Origin: Octopus sinensis
Lineage: Eukaryota
Direction: 5' to 3'
NCBI RefSeq assembly: GCF_006345805.1
Contig: NC_042998.1
Coordinates: forward strand, 82,708,001 to 82,772,000
DNA length: 64,000 nt
Each line of letters starts with the position of its first letter. Within the stretch, counting starts at the first letter, position 1. The position numbers and the translations under genes are program-made. Positions 13,221 through 26,545 of the stretch are shown piece by piece. Below the pieces are notes generated by a model. The model had not been told where the DNA came from and did not search any database. It saw only the letters and a program-made list of their open reading frames with translations.

Positions 13221-13601
13221 CTAGCAGTATCGCCCGGCGTTGCTCAGGTTTGTAAGGGAAATAACTATAAAGCATTTTTAGAGAGTTATAGCCAAAAAAT
13301 AGCAAAAAAATGGAAAAAAAATGATGGTAAATTTTTTTTGAGTTAAAAAAGGTGGAGTTGCGTCCCCTAGACGGTCTGTGGTTTGGGTTTCTGATTCTCG
13401 ACCCCATGTCGAATTTATCGATTTTTTTCAGAACTGGGGGAACTTTTCAAAATTTTCGCTGCGTTAGTTTTGAATTATGACATTGGGCTATGTGTGTGTC
13501 AGGTTTCATCAGAATCGGTTGAAAGCCGTGGTCAGAGTGAGGGTACGAGAAAACAGACACACAGAAAACGCACAGACAAACTGCCGTTTATATAGAGAGA
13601 G
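13221..13601 (+). mobile_element. Non-autonomous Helitron/Helentron-like element
   Basis: 5' CTAGCAGTATCGCCCGGCGTTGCTC, 3' ...gtttatatagagagat, no TIRs. 5' part shared with 2791-3185. Confidence 0.65.
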
Positions 13602-15232
13602 ATTACTGCTGCTTAGTAACTGCGACCCGACAATCAATTTTCTTGCAATTATTACTATAGAAACAATTATTCGAAAGCTTTTCGTTTACACGATATTACA
13701 CATTTCCTTATCAACTAAGTATTTTGAATACCTCTATTGTACAAAGTATGCAATCATTTCTTTCTTATTTCCTGTGTTTGCATGAGTTGCAGCTATGATA
13801 CTCTATTGCAGCATAAAACTATTACTTTTAGATATTAGACCCCATATATTCTGTGACTGCTATTGTCTTGCATAATTTCCTCTAATAATAAGTATGTTAA
13901 TGCATGGTAAAGCGTTACATAAGCGTGTTAGATGTAGAATCAATGTAACATCTATTATTATCTCGCATAATACAATGCACAATAAGTTCTTACCTTAACG
14001 GAGACAATTAGTGGTTAATCTACAGTTACAGATTTGTGGTTTCCTGGTTGAGAAATCCAAGGTTATTAGAGTAGTGTAATTTATAGATTAGGTTTCAAGG
14101 GTCAGTTGTAGTTAAAACGACATTTTAATAACTCATCTGTCATATTTTACAATCTTTAGAGTGAAGTGTATTTGAGGCGTTTAGTTACAGAGTGTCGTAA
14201 GCGTCAACCCGGCCACTTTCGAGGTTAGTATATCATTTTCTTTGTCTCGACGTCTAGAATCCGAAAAAATTGGGAGGAAGAACCGGTGAGATTTACAATA
14301 AGGTCGAAAATCTGGCTGAAAAAAATTGTATCTCGATGCTATTAGCATGACGCTCGCTCACCTAAATTCGGAGCAGAGAGTCTAGTAACATACCATCGTA
14401 AACACACTCGCTCAATCAATAACTTTGGTGTGGTCCCTGTATCGTTTTTCAAGGTGTATGGCTCATTTTCCAATATTCCCTGTTACCATCGTAACGATAA
14501 TGGGATATTTATCTTACTGTCTTGTCTTACCTCTTAAAGATACTTACCTTGGTATATTAAAACACAAACAATACCTTTGGTGGGGGGGGGGGTCTCTGTA
14601 TGTTTTTCTAGGTATTATGGCTAAAATATGCAATGCGATACACCGTTTATATTCAAGGCAAAATGAGAAAGACGCAGTCATTGTTTCATCTTTCAAATGC
14701 ATACAAAAATAAATCATTTTACCTAGATGGAATGATAAGAGGAGGTTTTCACGGTCATTTTAAGCCCCAAACCAGCTTCATTCCTTGCTGAGATACGGCA
14801 TTCTGAAAGCCGCGAAACTTTGACTGCGTTTTTCTCGGTTTTTAAGTTGTTGCACTTACGACGGTCTGTTATTAAACGCCTCATTTGCACTTGGGAGAAT
14901 GATTGAACATATTCTGAGTCGAAGTATTTCTTGGTACTGAGAAATACTTCAAACATCTAAAACAACGTATTTTAACACTTATTCCAACCGATTTACTATA
15001 TGAGTCACTGAGTAAAGTGAGTGGGATAGATTTAAATTAATTTGAATTGCAAATTGTGCATAAAGAAATGGAAAAATCTTTCAGCGGCAATAATTGATTT
15101 ATTTTAGAGAGTATTTAGTTCGCTTAAATATTTGTGTATTGTTTGTAAAATACAATGTGTCTTCAATGGTACAACAATGCAGAGTGGACCATAATAACTG
15201 TTATAATTTCATTATCCATAGTCTGATATAAT

Positions 15233-15445
15233 CTTTTCTACTCAAGGCACAACGCCCGAAATTTTGGGGGAGGAGGCTCGTCGATTAGATCGACCCCAGT
15301 ACGGAACTGTACTTAATTTACCGACCCCCGAAAGGATGAAAGGCAAAGTCGACCTCGGCGGAATTTGAACTCAGAACATACAGACAGATGAAATACCGCT
15401 AAGCATTTCGCCCGGCGTGCTAACGTTTCTGCCAGCTCACCGCCT
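15233..15445 (-). mobile_element. SINE family A with 18-bp TSD
   Basis: tccatagtctgatataat occurs at 15215-15232 and 15446-15463. Confidence 0.92.
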
Positions 15446-15456
15446 TCCATAGTCTG

Positions 15457-15523
<67 letters not shown>

Positions 15524-15539
15524 AATAATAATAATGATG

Positions 15540-15595
<56 letters not shown>

Positions 15596-15600
15596 TAATA

Positions 15601-15828
15601 AATTGTCTTAACTGATACATCACACGTATTGAGAAGAGCATTGTCGATGTGAGAACTGTTGCTGCTCATGTATTTTAATTTAATTTAAAAAAAAAAAAAA
15701 AAAAAAATGAACGAACTACTGAGTTTGCTTTAATGGCCTACCAATATACACTATGAGTTTCTTTGCCCTAGGAGTCGGGAAGACACTCGGCAAGAAATGG
15801 AAGAAAATTTGAAAGAAGAAAAAAAAAA

Positions 15829-15830
<2 letters not shown>
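15601..15830 (+). mobile_element. 3' end of an R4/Dong-like LINE between (TAA)n tracts
   Basis: KIVLTDTSHVLRRALSM* resembles the terminal ..K..LLGTA.ILR..L motif. (TAA)n lies at ~15461-15600 and ~15831-15860. Confidence 0.65.
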
Positions 15831-15861
<31 letters not shown>

Positions 15862-16279
15862 TTTTGGAATACAAAAATTCCTTCTTTAGATATCGCTAGG
15901 AACTGATCGAGTCAGTGCTATAATAGATTTTCCAATTTAACCTTACTTGAATGTATATCGATGTGAAACTATTTCAAACGGTGATTATTGAAATAAAAAG
16001 TAATTGAAATACAGTTTAAACTTTATTTCGAAGAAAGGTGTAGGCGCGGGTATATGCCTGTGTGACTGAGAAGGGTGATTCCGAACTATGTGGTCTTATA
16101 TTCAATCGCACTATGCGTCACTGTTGTAGCCCTACGTCGACCAAAGTCTTATGAGTGGATTTGATAGATGGAATCTGAAAGCTTTTTCATATGTGTGTGT
16201 ATGTGTGTGTGAGAGAGAGAGTGTGTGTGTGTGCGCGCGCGTGTGTGTGTATGTGTGTGATCATATAAGTATATGACTG

Positions 16280-16520
16280 GGTGGAGGAGGTGGAGGTGAA
16301 GGTGGTGTAGGAGGGGGACTAGGAGGAGGTGGGGGTGGGGGAGGAAGAGGACGACGACGACAACGACGATGACGAGGACGATGATGAGGATGAGGAGAGG
16401 AGGAGGGGTGGGGGCAGATGGATGGATGAGGGGTGGAAGAGGGTGCAGGATAAGGAGGGGATGAGGAGGAGGAGGGGTGGGGCATGAGGAGGAAGTGGGG
16501 GAGGGGGAGGGGGAGGAAAG
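16280..16520. repeat. Purine/G-rich low-complexity tract
   Basis: Mixed GGA/GAC/GAT/GGGGT repeats. They generate the Pro/His-rich ORFs in the track. Confidence 0.85.
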
Positions 16521-18040
16521 CGTAGATATTAAGACCAGCAATCCTCTCAAAGTTAAAATTGATTAATTAGCATGTAAAAGATATCGCCGGTCAATAACCA
16601 TTTCTGTGAGGTCAGAAGAAGAGCCGAGAACATATAGGGAATCTGACATGTCAACAGCAAATGTCAACTAAATGTTGCCAATTTTCTGTTCACTGGGCAA
16701 CTGCCAATGTTTAAGGTTACAATAAAGCATCAAATTTTTTCATTCAAATTCTTTGAAGTTAGTTATAATAATCTTGAGATCAATTTCGCGATCTCTGTCA
16801 GAAAGCTGGCATAGAATGAGAAACTTTTCACAGATGAGATTTCATCTGCTGCCAATTATTCAGTTGTCTTTGCTGATGAATGAGACTGGTGTGAATTTAA
16901 CCTAATTTCAGCAAGATATTTCACCGCAGATTCTTGTGTAAATTGTCTATTTCTGAAAGATAAATTTCATTCCTTCATTGTCATACAGTGTACACTGGCG
17001 TTTATCTCGTTCGTTCACATCGTTACGCAGTTGATAACATGTTTCTCTCGAGATTAAATTATCTGTAGAAGGATTTTAACCTCAAAGTGAAAGCTAAAGA
17101 AAATATATGTCAGTTAACCACAACAGAATTTCTATTAATTCAACCAGCTAGAAATACCAGCCAAATCTATATTAATTTATATGCCAATATCATAAAAGAA
17201 CAAATTAAATAATCTAGTCATTAAAAAGTCTGGTAGGTCAGTCATGGTAGGAACACTTTTGATATATGTTTGTTTGTACTTAATGCTAAGCAATAAAAAC
17301 TACCAATAGCCATCTATTCGCTGCTCCTTCTATGATAAGCAGGACTTACAGTTAGGCAGACAGAAATATGGACATAATTTACTGTCAAATGATGTGATAT
17401 GGGCCGTAAACACTTTGTTTTAGCAGGTCAATATATAGCTTGGCAAGATATAGATCATTATTATCTCCCCATTGAAGTATTTTAAGCTCACAATTAAATG
17501 AAAGCTCTTTAGCTATCACCTTAATCTATTTTCGGGTGTAATAAATTGTGTTGTGGGAAAAAAATAATACCAAATCAATAGACATCAGCATGCATAATAT
17601 GTATTCTCATCACTCAAAAATTCTAATTAATCCTGCATGTATATTTGGCACCACAGAAAATCATTTTACTGTAATTCGCCTAGCATCAAGTATCAGAGTT
17701 GCATAGAGCAAAATATAGAAATACTTCCAAGCAAACTTCCAATGACTTCTCATAATATCTGGATTCGAAACGTAGCATTTTAATTGCTCTTTAGAGCCCA
17801 TCGAACAGTTTGAATAGAATCTTGGACACATGTACATGTTAACTTTCATAGACGCATTCAATTCTTCAATCGAAAACTGTTTTGTATATTTGAGTGTGTG
17901 ATCATGTCGGTATGTTGTACGTGCGATACGAAAGTGTGCAGCAGCTTACATGTTTAACATGTATAAGTACTAGTCTGTGGATAATTATCACTAAGTTTTA
18001 TTCATACACAAGCCTTATACAGATAGATATGTATACGTAT

Positions 18041-18125
<85 letters not shown>

Positions 18126-18329
18126 TTTATAAAACATACATACACAGATACATGCATCCCCCTCTGATTTTTCTTCTTTTCTCACGTTCCCCTCTCAGAC
18201 ATTTCTTCACCCTCTTTCTTTAACTCTTACTATTTCCCACTCGTTTATTTCCCCTGCACCTTTCTCCGTGTCTGATTTTTTTCTAATCCTTCAATCACGC
18301 TGTCCCCTACCCATTTCTTCTCTTTCCAC

Positions 18330-18730
18330 GCGACCGGTGTCCAGCCAGCCATGATCTCTCTTTCTTAGCCTGACTGCCGACTGTCAACAAGTCTTGTGTC
18401 TATTTTCCATGTACCTGCCTTTAGGCTTTCGTTCCATACACGCCAGCTCAATTTGAATAATTCTCAGTCGAAAGACGCCTGTTGTTATTTCTTGGTGTTT
18501 GTATTCGTAATTCTGTACTGTTCTCCGTTTTTTTTTGTTTGTTTGTTTTTTTGTCTTTGTTGTCGTACACATTCGCCAGCATTTTTACAAAAGGTTCTAA
18601 TGCTTTCAGCGAACCATCTCAAGTGTAACTGTTCGAAATGGTCGTGACTTCTGGTACTTGACTGACGAAAGAAAGCCAACAATGACCCGTCTTTTTTGCA
18701 TGTCCTTCCAATTGCTGTTTTCCTCGTTCC
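18330..18730 (-). mobile_element. Degraded RTE-like LINE ORF2 C-terminal fragment
   Basis: Minus-strand peptides NWKD, QLHLRWF and IELACMERKPKGR resemble the RTE SWKD...RRLRW.GH...GEL..G.R..GRP series. Confidence 0.45.
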
Positions 18731-18834
18731 CCTTTGTATTCATCTATCAGTCCGAACGTTTTAATACCCTCTATTGCGTTTTCGTCCCATTTTTATATTT
18801 ATATGAATATATATATATATATATTTATATATAA

Positions 18835-19033
18835 TTTATTTTAAAGCAGCAGAATTATAACAAAAGCTGTTACTCAGAGTTTCACGTTACCGTTCGTAGA
18901 ACAGGTTTTGTTAAACTAGAACAAAAATAAAGATATCGTTATTTTTGTTCTATTTTAACAAAACCTGTCTGACGAACAGTAACGTGAAACTCTGAGTAAC
19001 TGCTTTAGTTATATTTCTGCTGCTTTTAAATAA
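18835..19033. repeat. Fold-back element, ~96-bp arms, 8-nt loop, HHR motif in each arm
   Basis: 18835-18930 and 18939-19033 are reverse complements. A half copy lies at 36556-36633. Confidence 0.92.
18964..19003 (+). ncRNA. Minimal type-I hammerhead ribozyme motif
   Basis: cctgt-CTGACGA-acagtaacgt-GAAA-ctctgag-TA-actgc. Canonical core and GUA triplet, with single mismatches in stems I and II. The mirror copy at 18863-18905 (minus) has intact stems but a damaged core (tctacga). Confidence 0.65.
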
Positions 19034-19140
19034 ACGCATATTACTCTACCTCTGGTATTTGAGAACTCTTTTTTCCACCTTGTTTCAGATTTATGTGCTT
19101 ACTCCGGTTTATATATATATATTTATACAACGATTTTGTG

Positions 19141-19495
19141 TGCACAGTTTGTGACATACCATGCATTTCTTTTACTGGACTTAAATCACATTTGCAGATC
19201 CATGAAAAACAAACCGCCATTAACTGTTCTGCCATTCTATCTATACTTACCTATCAATGCCATATATGCCTTAATGTTTACAAATCTAATGGAGGCTTCA
19301 AAAGGTACTTTAATATCCACAAAGATTATAACTTAACTGCAGTTTTGATCTTTGGTGGTCCAAAGCAGTTATGCAATTTATGTGGGTGTCTTTTCAAAAT
19401 AGTGTCTGGTTTTAAAAGCCACATCAGACGTCATGATAGATCTAAAATGTAGGTAGAAGAAGAGGTCAAATTCTGTATGAGTTGAAAACGACCAT
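19141..19495 (+). pseudogene. Three C2H2-type zinc fingers, probably the 3' end of an RTE-like LINE
   Basis: CTVC-x12-HLQIH, CHIC-x12-YFNIH (His to Tyr), CNLC-x12-HIRRH. GLKSH/GFKSH helices, no TGEKP linkers, stop at 19450-19452, short 3' UTR, then (TG)n. Confidence 0.6.
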
Positions 19496-19525
19496 ACATG
19501 TGTGTGTGCGTGTCTGTGTCTACAA

Positions 19526-19602
<77 letters not shown>

Positions 19603-20269
19603 GAGAGCAATAAGAAAATGGAGGGGATCAATAGGTGGTTCATCAACTTTTAGATATTATATTATTAAATTTATTTATTTATTTACTAAAATGACAATTA
19701 CAAGAATATACATACATGCATAACATATTATGCTTTGCATATAAAATATATTAATATATAAAGATACCAGTAATTATTAAAATTATTAACATACAGGAAT
19801 ATAAATTGGAAAAATATCTTACAGCTGTTTCAGCCAAGAGGCAAAAATACCTCATTCTACCTTTATTCCTCCAGTAGACTGAAGTAATTAGTAGGTGAAA
19901 TTGAGGTACTTGGGTGCTTCAGAGATTTTAGAAACTACATAAGGTTAAGTTATAAATATAAATAAATATAAATATAAATAAATACACACACATTTACATA
20001 CTTATACATACACATATACATATACAAACATATATAAATATACATAAATACATATACCTACACTTAAATGTACATACATATTTACATTTATAAGCATACA
20101 TAATAATCAATTATTATTATTATTAGATGCATTATATTATTCATATTAGATAAAATATAAACAGAGGTATGAGAAAGTTATAAGAAGAGTAATATTGTAA
20201 TTTATAAAATCAATATATCGTAAAGGACTTTCAGTTATGTAAGAACGAAACTGCATACACATGAGGAAC

Positions 20270-20300
<31 letters not shown>

Positions 20301-20335
20301 CACACACACACAATATATATACATATATATTTCCG

Positions 20336-20394
<59 letters not shown>

Positions 20395-20425
20395 ATGCAT
20401 ATATGTATGTATATATATATATATA

Positions 20426-20725
20426 GTGAAGGCGCATCGCTTAGTGGTTAAGGTGTTGCACTCACGATTGCAAGATCATTTGTTCGATTGCTGGACCAGG
20501 CGTTGTTGTGTTCGTGAGCAAAGCACTTCATTTCACGTTGCTCTGCGATCATTTCGTCATCTGACATGTGGTACCGGTTTGCACCTGTACAGGTAATGTC
20601 GATCTGATGGAGGGAGTATGCTTATGTCTAGACAAACATTTGATCACTATAAACAAATCATCCGTATGGTTGTTCGGTAAGGAATCGTCAAGCCCTCATA
20701 CGTCGTCTAACGACAGTAGAGTCCA
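20426..20725 (+). mobile_element. tRNA-derived SINE, family D
   Basis: Head gtgaaggcgcatcgcttagtggttaagg...gttcgattgc with A/B-box-like motifs. The body differs from families A-C. Confidence 0.7.
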
Positions 20726-20879
20726 TCATTATGTGTGTGTGTGTGTGTGTTAAGTGGGCAAGCGGTTATTGTAATGGGCTCACGATCATATGATCATCAG
20801 TTTCATTCCTAGATTGAGTAGCAAAGAGTCATTAAACAAGGCTCATCAGTTCGCGTTGCACCAGTTTACTCAGCTGAAG

Positions 20880-21040
20880 ATGCAATTCTTTTTTACCTTC
20901 TCTCCGACCCCTGTCTCATCCTCAATGTTCTGTTAGCCAAGACTGAGAAGGCATAGATAGTCTTTGTGTCTGCTTTCGACTACATGTGCATTTAAATCAA
21001 CCAGCGAAAGCTGGGCACGCGCAAGCAGGTATTCCCTATT
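20880..21040 (-). mobile_element. Possible LINE apurinic endonuclease remnant
   Basis: Minus-strand LVDLNAHV resembles the GDFNAHVG APE motif. Confidence 0.3.
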
Positions 21041-23280
21041 CGATGACATTTTAATCTTCTATCTGATATTGATGTAATGGGGATACTTTAATATTCCGTA
21101 TTCAAATTATTTTGAAGCAAATTTTTAAACTTTATCTATACTGTTTATATGTTAGAGTAGAGATCATTATTGTTATAGTTAAACTACAAGCTTTCACTCA
21201 CCCACACATATATTTAGCAACTCACAAATCGAACATGATGAATTGAGTTCAGATATGTTTTCGACTGGCCAACAACTACCCTGTTCGAATGAATCTCACC
21301 CGCATACTTCTCGTCTGCAATTGGGTATTTCTTACCCAATATAAAATAGAAGTTGGCACGTCCTTAATTAAAGGAAATCTTCATTTCTATTTTTGTAATT
21401 CTGAAAAAGTTAAGAATATTGACACGTGTTTTTTTTTTCTCTTTAGCATGAAATTTATAACGTTAAGAAATAATTCATTTGGTGATAGACATGGAGGTTT
21501 AATGAGTTACTGAAGAATTGGTTGACTTTTGAATTTAGCCATAATATTTAGTGTAGTTGTTCCGCACAACATTTCAGAAACTCTCCAAGATCTAAATACC
21601 TCTTTTTTTAATTACTGATACAATTAATCACAACGCAGGAAAAGAATTATTTCCATTGCGCAATATTTTCTTTAGATTTACAAATAAATTTATTGGAAGT
21701 AAAATGAGACCTTAAAAATTATACCAGACTTTTATAGAGAATCATACTGCGTCAAAAATTGACATGTAAAAATCTACATTTTTTGCAGAAGACAACACAA
21801 ATCCTAATTTTGTTGGAAGGACGTATAAAGGCGTGAATAAGATCTATTTAACCCTTGACGATCCTGAATTATATAAGATAATAAGACCCAATTTTGTTTC
21901 AACTAGCAGAATAACTTCCGATTTATGAAAGAAATGCATTGTATAACTCAGAACCTGTGAAACAAGTGTAGACCTTCATGACAAATTATGAGAATGCTTT
22001 GTACAGGCAAAAAGTTTAAAATGAAGTAAAGCACGAATGATTCTATGTAAGAGTTTGGCTGCTCATGGCTATTCAATGAGCAGATGATATTAAAGTAATT
22101 GTCATGAAATTGCTTTCTTCGGTGCTTATACTGTTCAAACTGCAAATTGAAAGATTTTTATGGCTTTGTTAACGATCAATATTCTTCAGTTCTTTTACAC
22201 TCTAAAATATGCTAGATCCCTTCATTAAATGCTTTGGAAAGAATCGTCATTTTCTTTCAGATACTCAAATCCTACTTTAATTCGAAGAAAAAGCCCAAGA
22301 AATTTCTAGTATCTTTTTCAGTAATCCTTTGAGCGAAGCTTACTTATTTCTTTACTAATATCTTTAGCAATGAGATTATGTAAAATGGAAATCAGTGAAC
22401 AAACATTATAGAGATACAGCACTGTTTAAAGGAAATCGTAAACTGTGTAAAGAAAAGAAACAATGACATTTATTCTTCTAAGTGTTGATATTTACTTCAA
22501 TAGCGACAACATTATATTTGAACACAAAAACACATTCCGCCATGTCTATGGAATGTAGTTCATCGCATGAAGAATTTTACGGTTTCTACAAATTTTTATA
22601 TTTTAGGAGTATTTAATACGCTCACAACACAGAAACAACTGAAATTACATTTGTAGTGTTAAACAGGAGTGGGACAAAAATTGGCGAAAGTATTCTTCTT
22701 TGATAATTACTGTCATTAAAGAAACCTATAGAACAAGAGATGCAATATAAGCCTGAAGAATAGTAAAGCAAGAAATGCAGTGAAAACTAGCATTCTGTAT
22801 CTCAAGAATGGATTTAAAGAGCGATTTTTCAGAGTTGTTAATTCTGTAGCCACGCCTGTTCATCATGTCGGCTGTTCAGATTGCTTGGTACTTAAAGCGT
22901 CCTCTATATCTGTCTTGCAGGTGTTGATATGCAGCACTTGAAACGAAATATTAATGGCATCTTGGTCACCATTCTTGCAGGGTCTACTAAAGTCACGGGC
23001 ACTTCCCCCATTCTCCTTGAAACACAGCAAGTAGAAAGAAAAATTATATCCTGTTTGGTACATATATTTAGCATGCTAATCATGACTACCATTTTGGGAA
23101 TCCTATTTAGAAATTCCTAGCCTGAGTAGAACTGACATATTTTGTCTCTTTACAAAACAAAAATTTCATTCGGTGATAACATCTTAGGTTTCTAAGTTGT
23201 TCAAATGAATAAACAAAATAAAATTGTGCTTCACTGGTTTCAATTTTAGAGTTATTTATTCATTAAACGATACTTATTCT

Positions 23281-23649
23281 TTTCTACTTTAGGTACAAGG
23301 CCCGAAATTTTGGGGGAGGAGCCAGTCGATTAGATCGACCCCAGTGCGCAACTGGTACTTAATTTATCGATACCGAAAGGATGAAAGGCAAAGTCGACCA
23401 CGGTGGAATTTGAACTCAGAACGTAAAGACAGACAAAATACCGCTAAGCATTTCGCCCGGCGTGCCAACGTTTCTTATTTCTTTATTGCCCACAAGGGGC
23501 CAATCATAGAAGGGACAAACAAGGACAGACAAAGGGATTACGTCGATTACATCGACCCCAGTGCGTAACTGGTACTTAATTTATCGACCCTGAAAGGATG
23601 AAAGGCAAAGTCGACCTCGGCAGAAATTGAACTCAGAACGTAACCGCCT
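23281..23649 (-). mobile_element. SINE family A, dimeric, with 18-bp TSD
   Basis: ttaaacgatacttattct occurs at 23263-23280 and 23650-23667. Confidence 0.92.
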
Positions 23650-23769
23650 TTAAACGATACTTATTCTGCAAGGGTGATGATGTTTATGTATCACTGATAG
23701 AAATCTTTGTCCATATCTGTATCCCATACTTACCGAAATAATTATAATAATTCTAACTTTAGCATAAGG

Positions 23770-24050
23770 TCGGTAATTTTGAAGGGGATGGGAATTCGAT
23801 TACATCCGGCACGGTAATGATTCTGCCGGTTCTCTGTTTTAACAATTTCAAATTTTGATACAAGGTCAGCATTTTTGGTGATTGAGGTTTAATCGATTGC
23901 ACTTAACTCTACTTTGGTTTAGTGAGCCCGAAAACAATAAAAGGTAAAGTCAACTTCGGTGGCATTTGAACTCTGAACTTAAATAACCAAAAGAAGCAAG
24001 ATGCCTCTAAGCAGTTTGTTCAACGATCTAACGATTCCCCAACCTCAGGG
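23770..24050 (-). mobile_element. Old SINE family A copy
   Basis: aaggtaaagtcaacttcggtggcatttgaactctgaac is a diverged reverse complement of the family A core. Confidence 0.6.
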
Positions 24051-24823
24051 CCCTAATAATTCACTTAATGTTAGTCACTAATACTGATTTTTTTTCTCGA
24101 TGTATAGTTATTTTTACTCAACCTTTTTAATGTCTCTGCATTATATATGCTAACACTAACTTAGCTGTAGTTAATTCCCGTAGTCCTGTGTATTACGGTA
24201 TGTTTACTTCATCAATCCCAAGAGAAATGAAATACCAAACTAAACTTGGTAGCAGTCATGTTTAGAAATATAATACAGGAATCAAAGAAGACAAAGACCA
24301 CAGTGGTATTTATTTTCACTGGAAGATAATTAGTTGTGAGCCACTGGGTATCAACTGTGCAACACGAGATGCCGTTTTCTTAGAATTATTCAAGAAAGGT
24401 TTCATTGATAGTTAAAATATCTGGTTGTATTCGTAGAAAACTATATTATTTGAAAAGAACTGAGTTCAAGAAATCTCATAGAATATTTATATATATTACG
24501 CTTTGCACTAAATATGAACTATATCTCAGTCCGGATGATAACTATCTAAAGCCTGCTAACCTTACCCATTGAAAATGTAGAATGTTATGTGGATTAACAC
24601 ATAACATGCTACACTCCGTTATACTTCAACAAGTAGTTAACAGACTATCTGCTTATCAAATTAGTTAGCAGTGAAATATCTTCAGAAAATTTTATTATCC
24701 ATAACTGTCTGTTGAACCGCTATTTAACCCCAGTTACTGAGATACTGAGGAAATGGGGGACAAGTTGCCTCATGAATATGAAGCCAGTTTCTTGCCAGTT
24801 TCTTCCTAAATATTTCTCTAGAA

Positions 24824-25462
24824 CAGTGGATCTCAACCGGGGGACCATATGACCCTTGAGGGTTCATATCGTGACACTCCGACGGTTACGACGACGATGT
24901 TTCCAGTTGATCTCATCGATGGAACAGCCTGCTCGGGAAATTAAAGTGCAAGCGGCTGAGCAATGCACAGACACGTGTACCCTTAACGTAGTTCTCGGGG
25001 AGATTCAGCGTGATACAGAGTGTGATAAGGCTGGCCTTTGAAATTCAGGTACAACAGAAACAGGAAGGAAGAGTTAGAGAAAGTTGTGGTGAAAGAGTAT
25101 TGCAGGGCTTGCCACCCCACCCCCTACCGGTGCCTCGTGAAGCTTTGGGTGTTTTTGCTCAATAAGCACTCCCAACGCTCCGGTATGGGAATCGAAACCA
25201 CGAGTCCGCAGCCGTAAGTATTGGGCCATTGCGCCTCCACAGGATTCATATAAGATTTTGTTAAAATTTCTGTACAGCAAATTAGTCATGCTTCTACAAT
25301 ACATAAAATATTTCAAATTATTATTTTTATACAATTCCTAATAATATTTAGTTATAAATATATAATGGAATTTTTTTTAAACAACGAATGGCCATGGGGT
25401 CCAATTGAGTAAAACATGAATGAAAAGAGGGTTCATAGGTACAAAAATAGTTGAGAACAAAG
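24824..25462. mobile_element. hAT (Charlie-type) MITE interrupted by a family C SINE
   Basis: Left TIR cagtggatctcaacc, degenerate right TIR agttgagaacaaag, and 8-bp flanks ctctagaa / atctagac sharing the TCTAGA core typical of Charlie TSDs. Confidence 0.6.
24871..25240 (-). mobile_element. SINE family C
   Basis: Aligns end to end with 6803-7193. Confidence 0.88.
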
Positions 25463-26132
25463 ATCTAGACGGTTCTCATGACTTTTATCAAACAGTGAAG
25501 TTTAAGTTACGACACAGAGATTAAATTGACTCATTCAGAGACTCAGAAATTATCCATGCAACAGATTCAAACTCCTTAATCATGAAGTGGTATTACATTA
25601 CTGTATCACTGTATCCATTTAGGCATTCTGGTTTTGTATTCACCCTCACAGATTTATATATTATAAAATAGCTGAAAATATACGCAAAATGTAAAGTATA
25701 TTTTACAAGACATTTAATGTATTTTAGAAATTGATTTGCTTTAATTCTAGTATGTAAATGTCCTTATTTGAAAGTATAATGTCAATGCTTCTTTTAAAAT
25801 ATCTACAAAAATATTTTCTGAAATGGACATAGAATTTACATACCATTCTACATAATTTTCTTAAGAAATTACTTGAAAATAAATTTTACATAAATACAAC
25901 CCTTTTCTGTTTCATGGAGATTTTAAACCATTAATGTTTGTAATGGAAAATTGTGATAGTCATCTCTAAAGGAAGGATATTGCAAGAGCAAGTATAATAG
26001 CTTCAACAAAGAATGTAAAGCCGAATTTAGGGCTCATTTCACCAACTTTGCGTGTATGCATATATGTATATATGTGTGTGTGAAAGAGTGAGTGCGAGTG
26101 TGTGTAACTCATATATACAAACACAAACACGC

Positions 26133-26167
<35 letters not shown>

Positions 26168-26194
26168 TAAATATGCATAAATATGCACATAGAC

Positions 26195-26311
<117 letters not shown>

Positions 26312-26357
26312 TGCATTTATAGATTTATATGCACACACACACACACACATATATATA

Positions 26358-26545
26358 GGGATAATTCACGAAAAAAACAAAAGACGAAGACAGGTGGTGT
26401 AGAAAACAAACAGATGTATTAGTATAACGCTCGGGAATTGAAAATGTCTTTAACGTTTCGAGCTTACGCTCTTCCACAGAAAGGAACACAGAAAGAAACA
26501 AAGTGAGAGAAAATGTGTAGTGGCTACTGATCTATCATGGCGAAT
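26358..26545 (-). mobile_element. PLE terminal-repeat (pLTR)-like segment with a variant HHR at 26448-26483
   Basis: Lies directly 3' of the PLE at 26545-27930. Related copies at 32345-32530, 44315-44400 and 57480-57672. Confidence 0.75.

Larger units (their letters stand above)
21900..24480 (-). mobile_element. Ancient degraded LINE ORF2 (APE to RT), interrupted by SINEs
   Basis: Collinear minus-strand remnants: PDILTINETFL (~24410, APE), QRRILSPIFVPLLFN (~22690, QG..LSP.LFN-like) and EVNINT*KNKCH (~22490, GL.IN..KTK-like). Confidence 0.4.

Noticed and set aside
22863-23120. Short ORFs that looked like possible host exons
   Set aside because: No coherent splice phase, and they are better explained as part of the degraded LINE RT.
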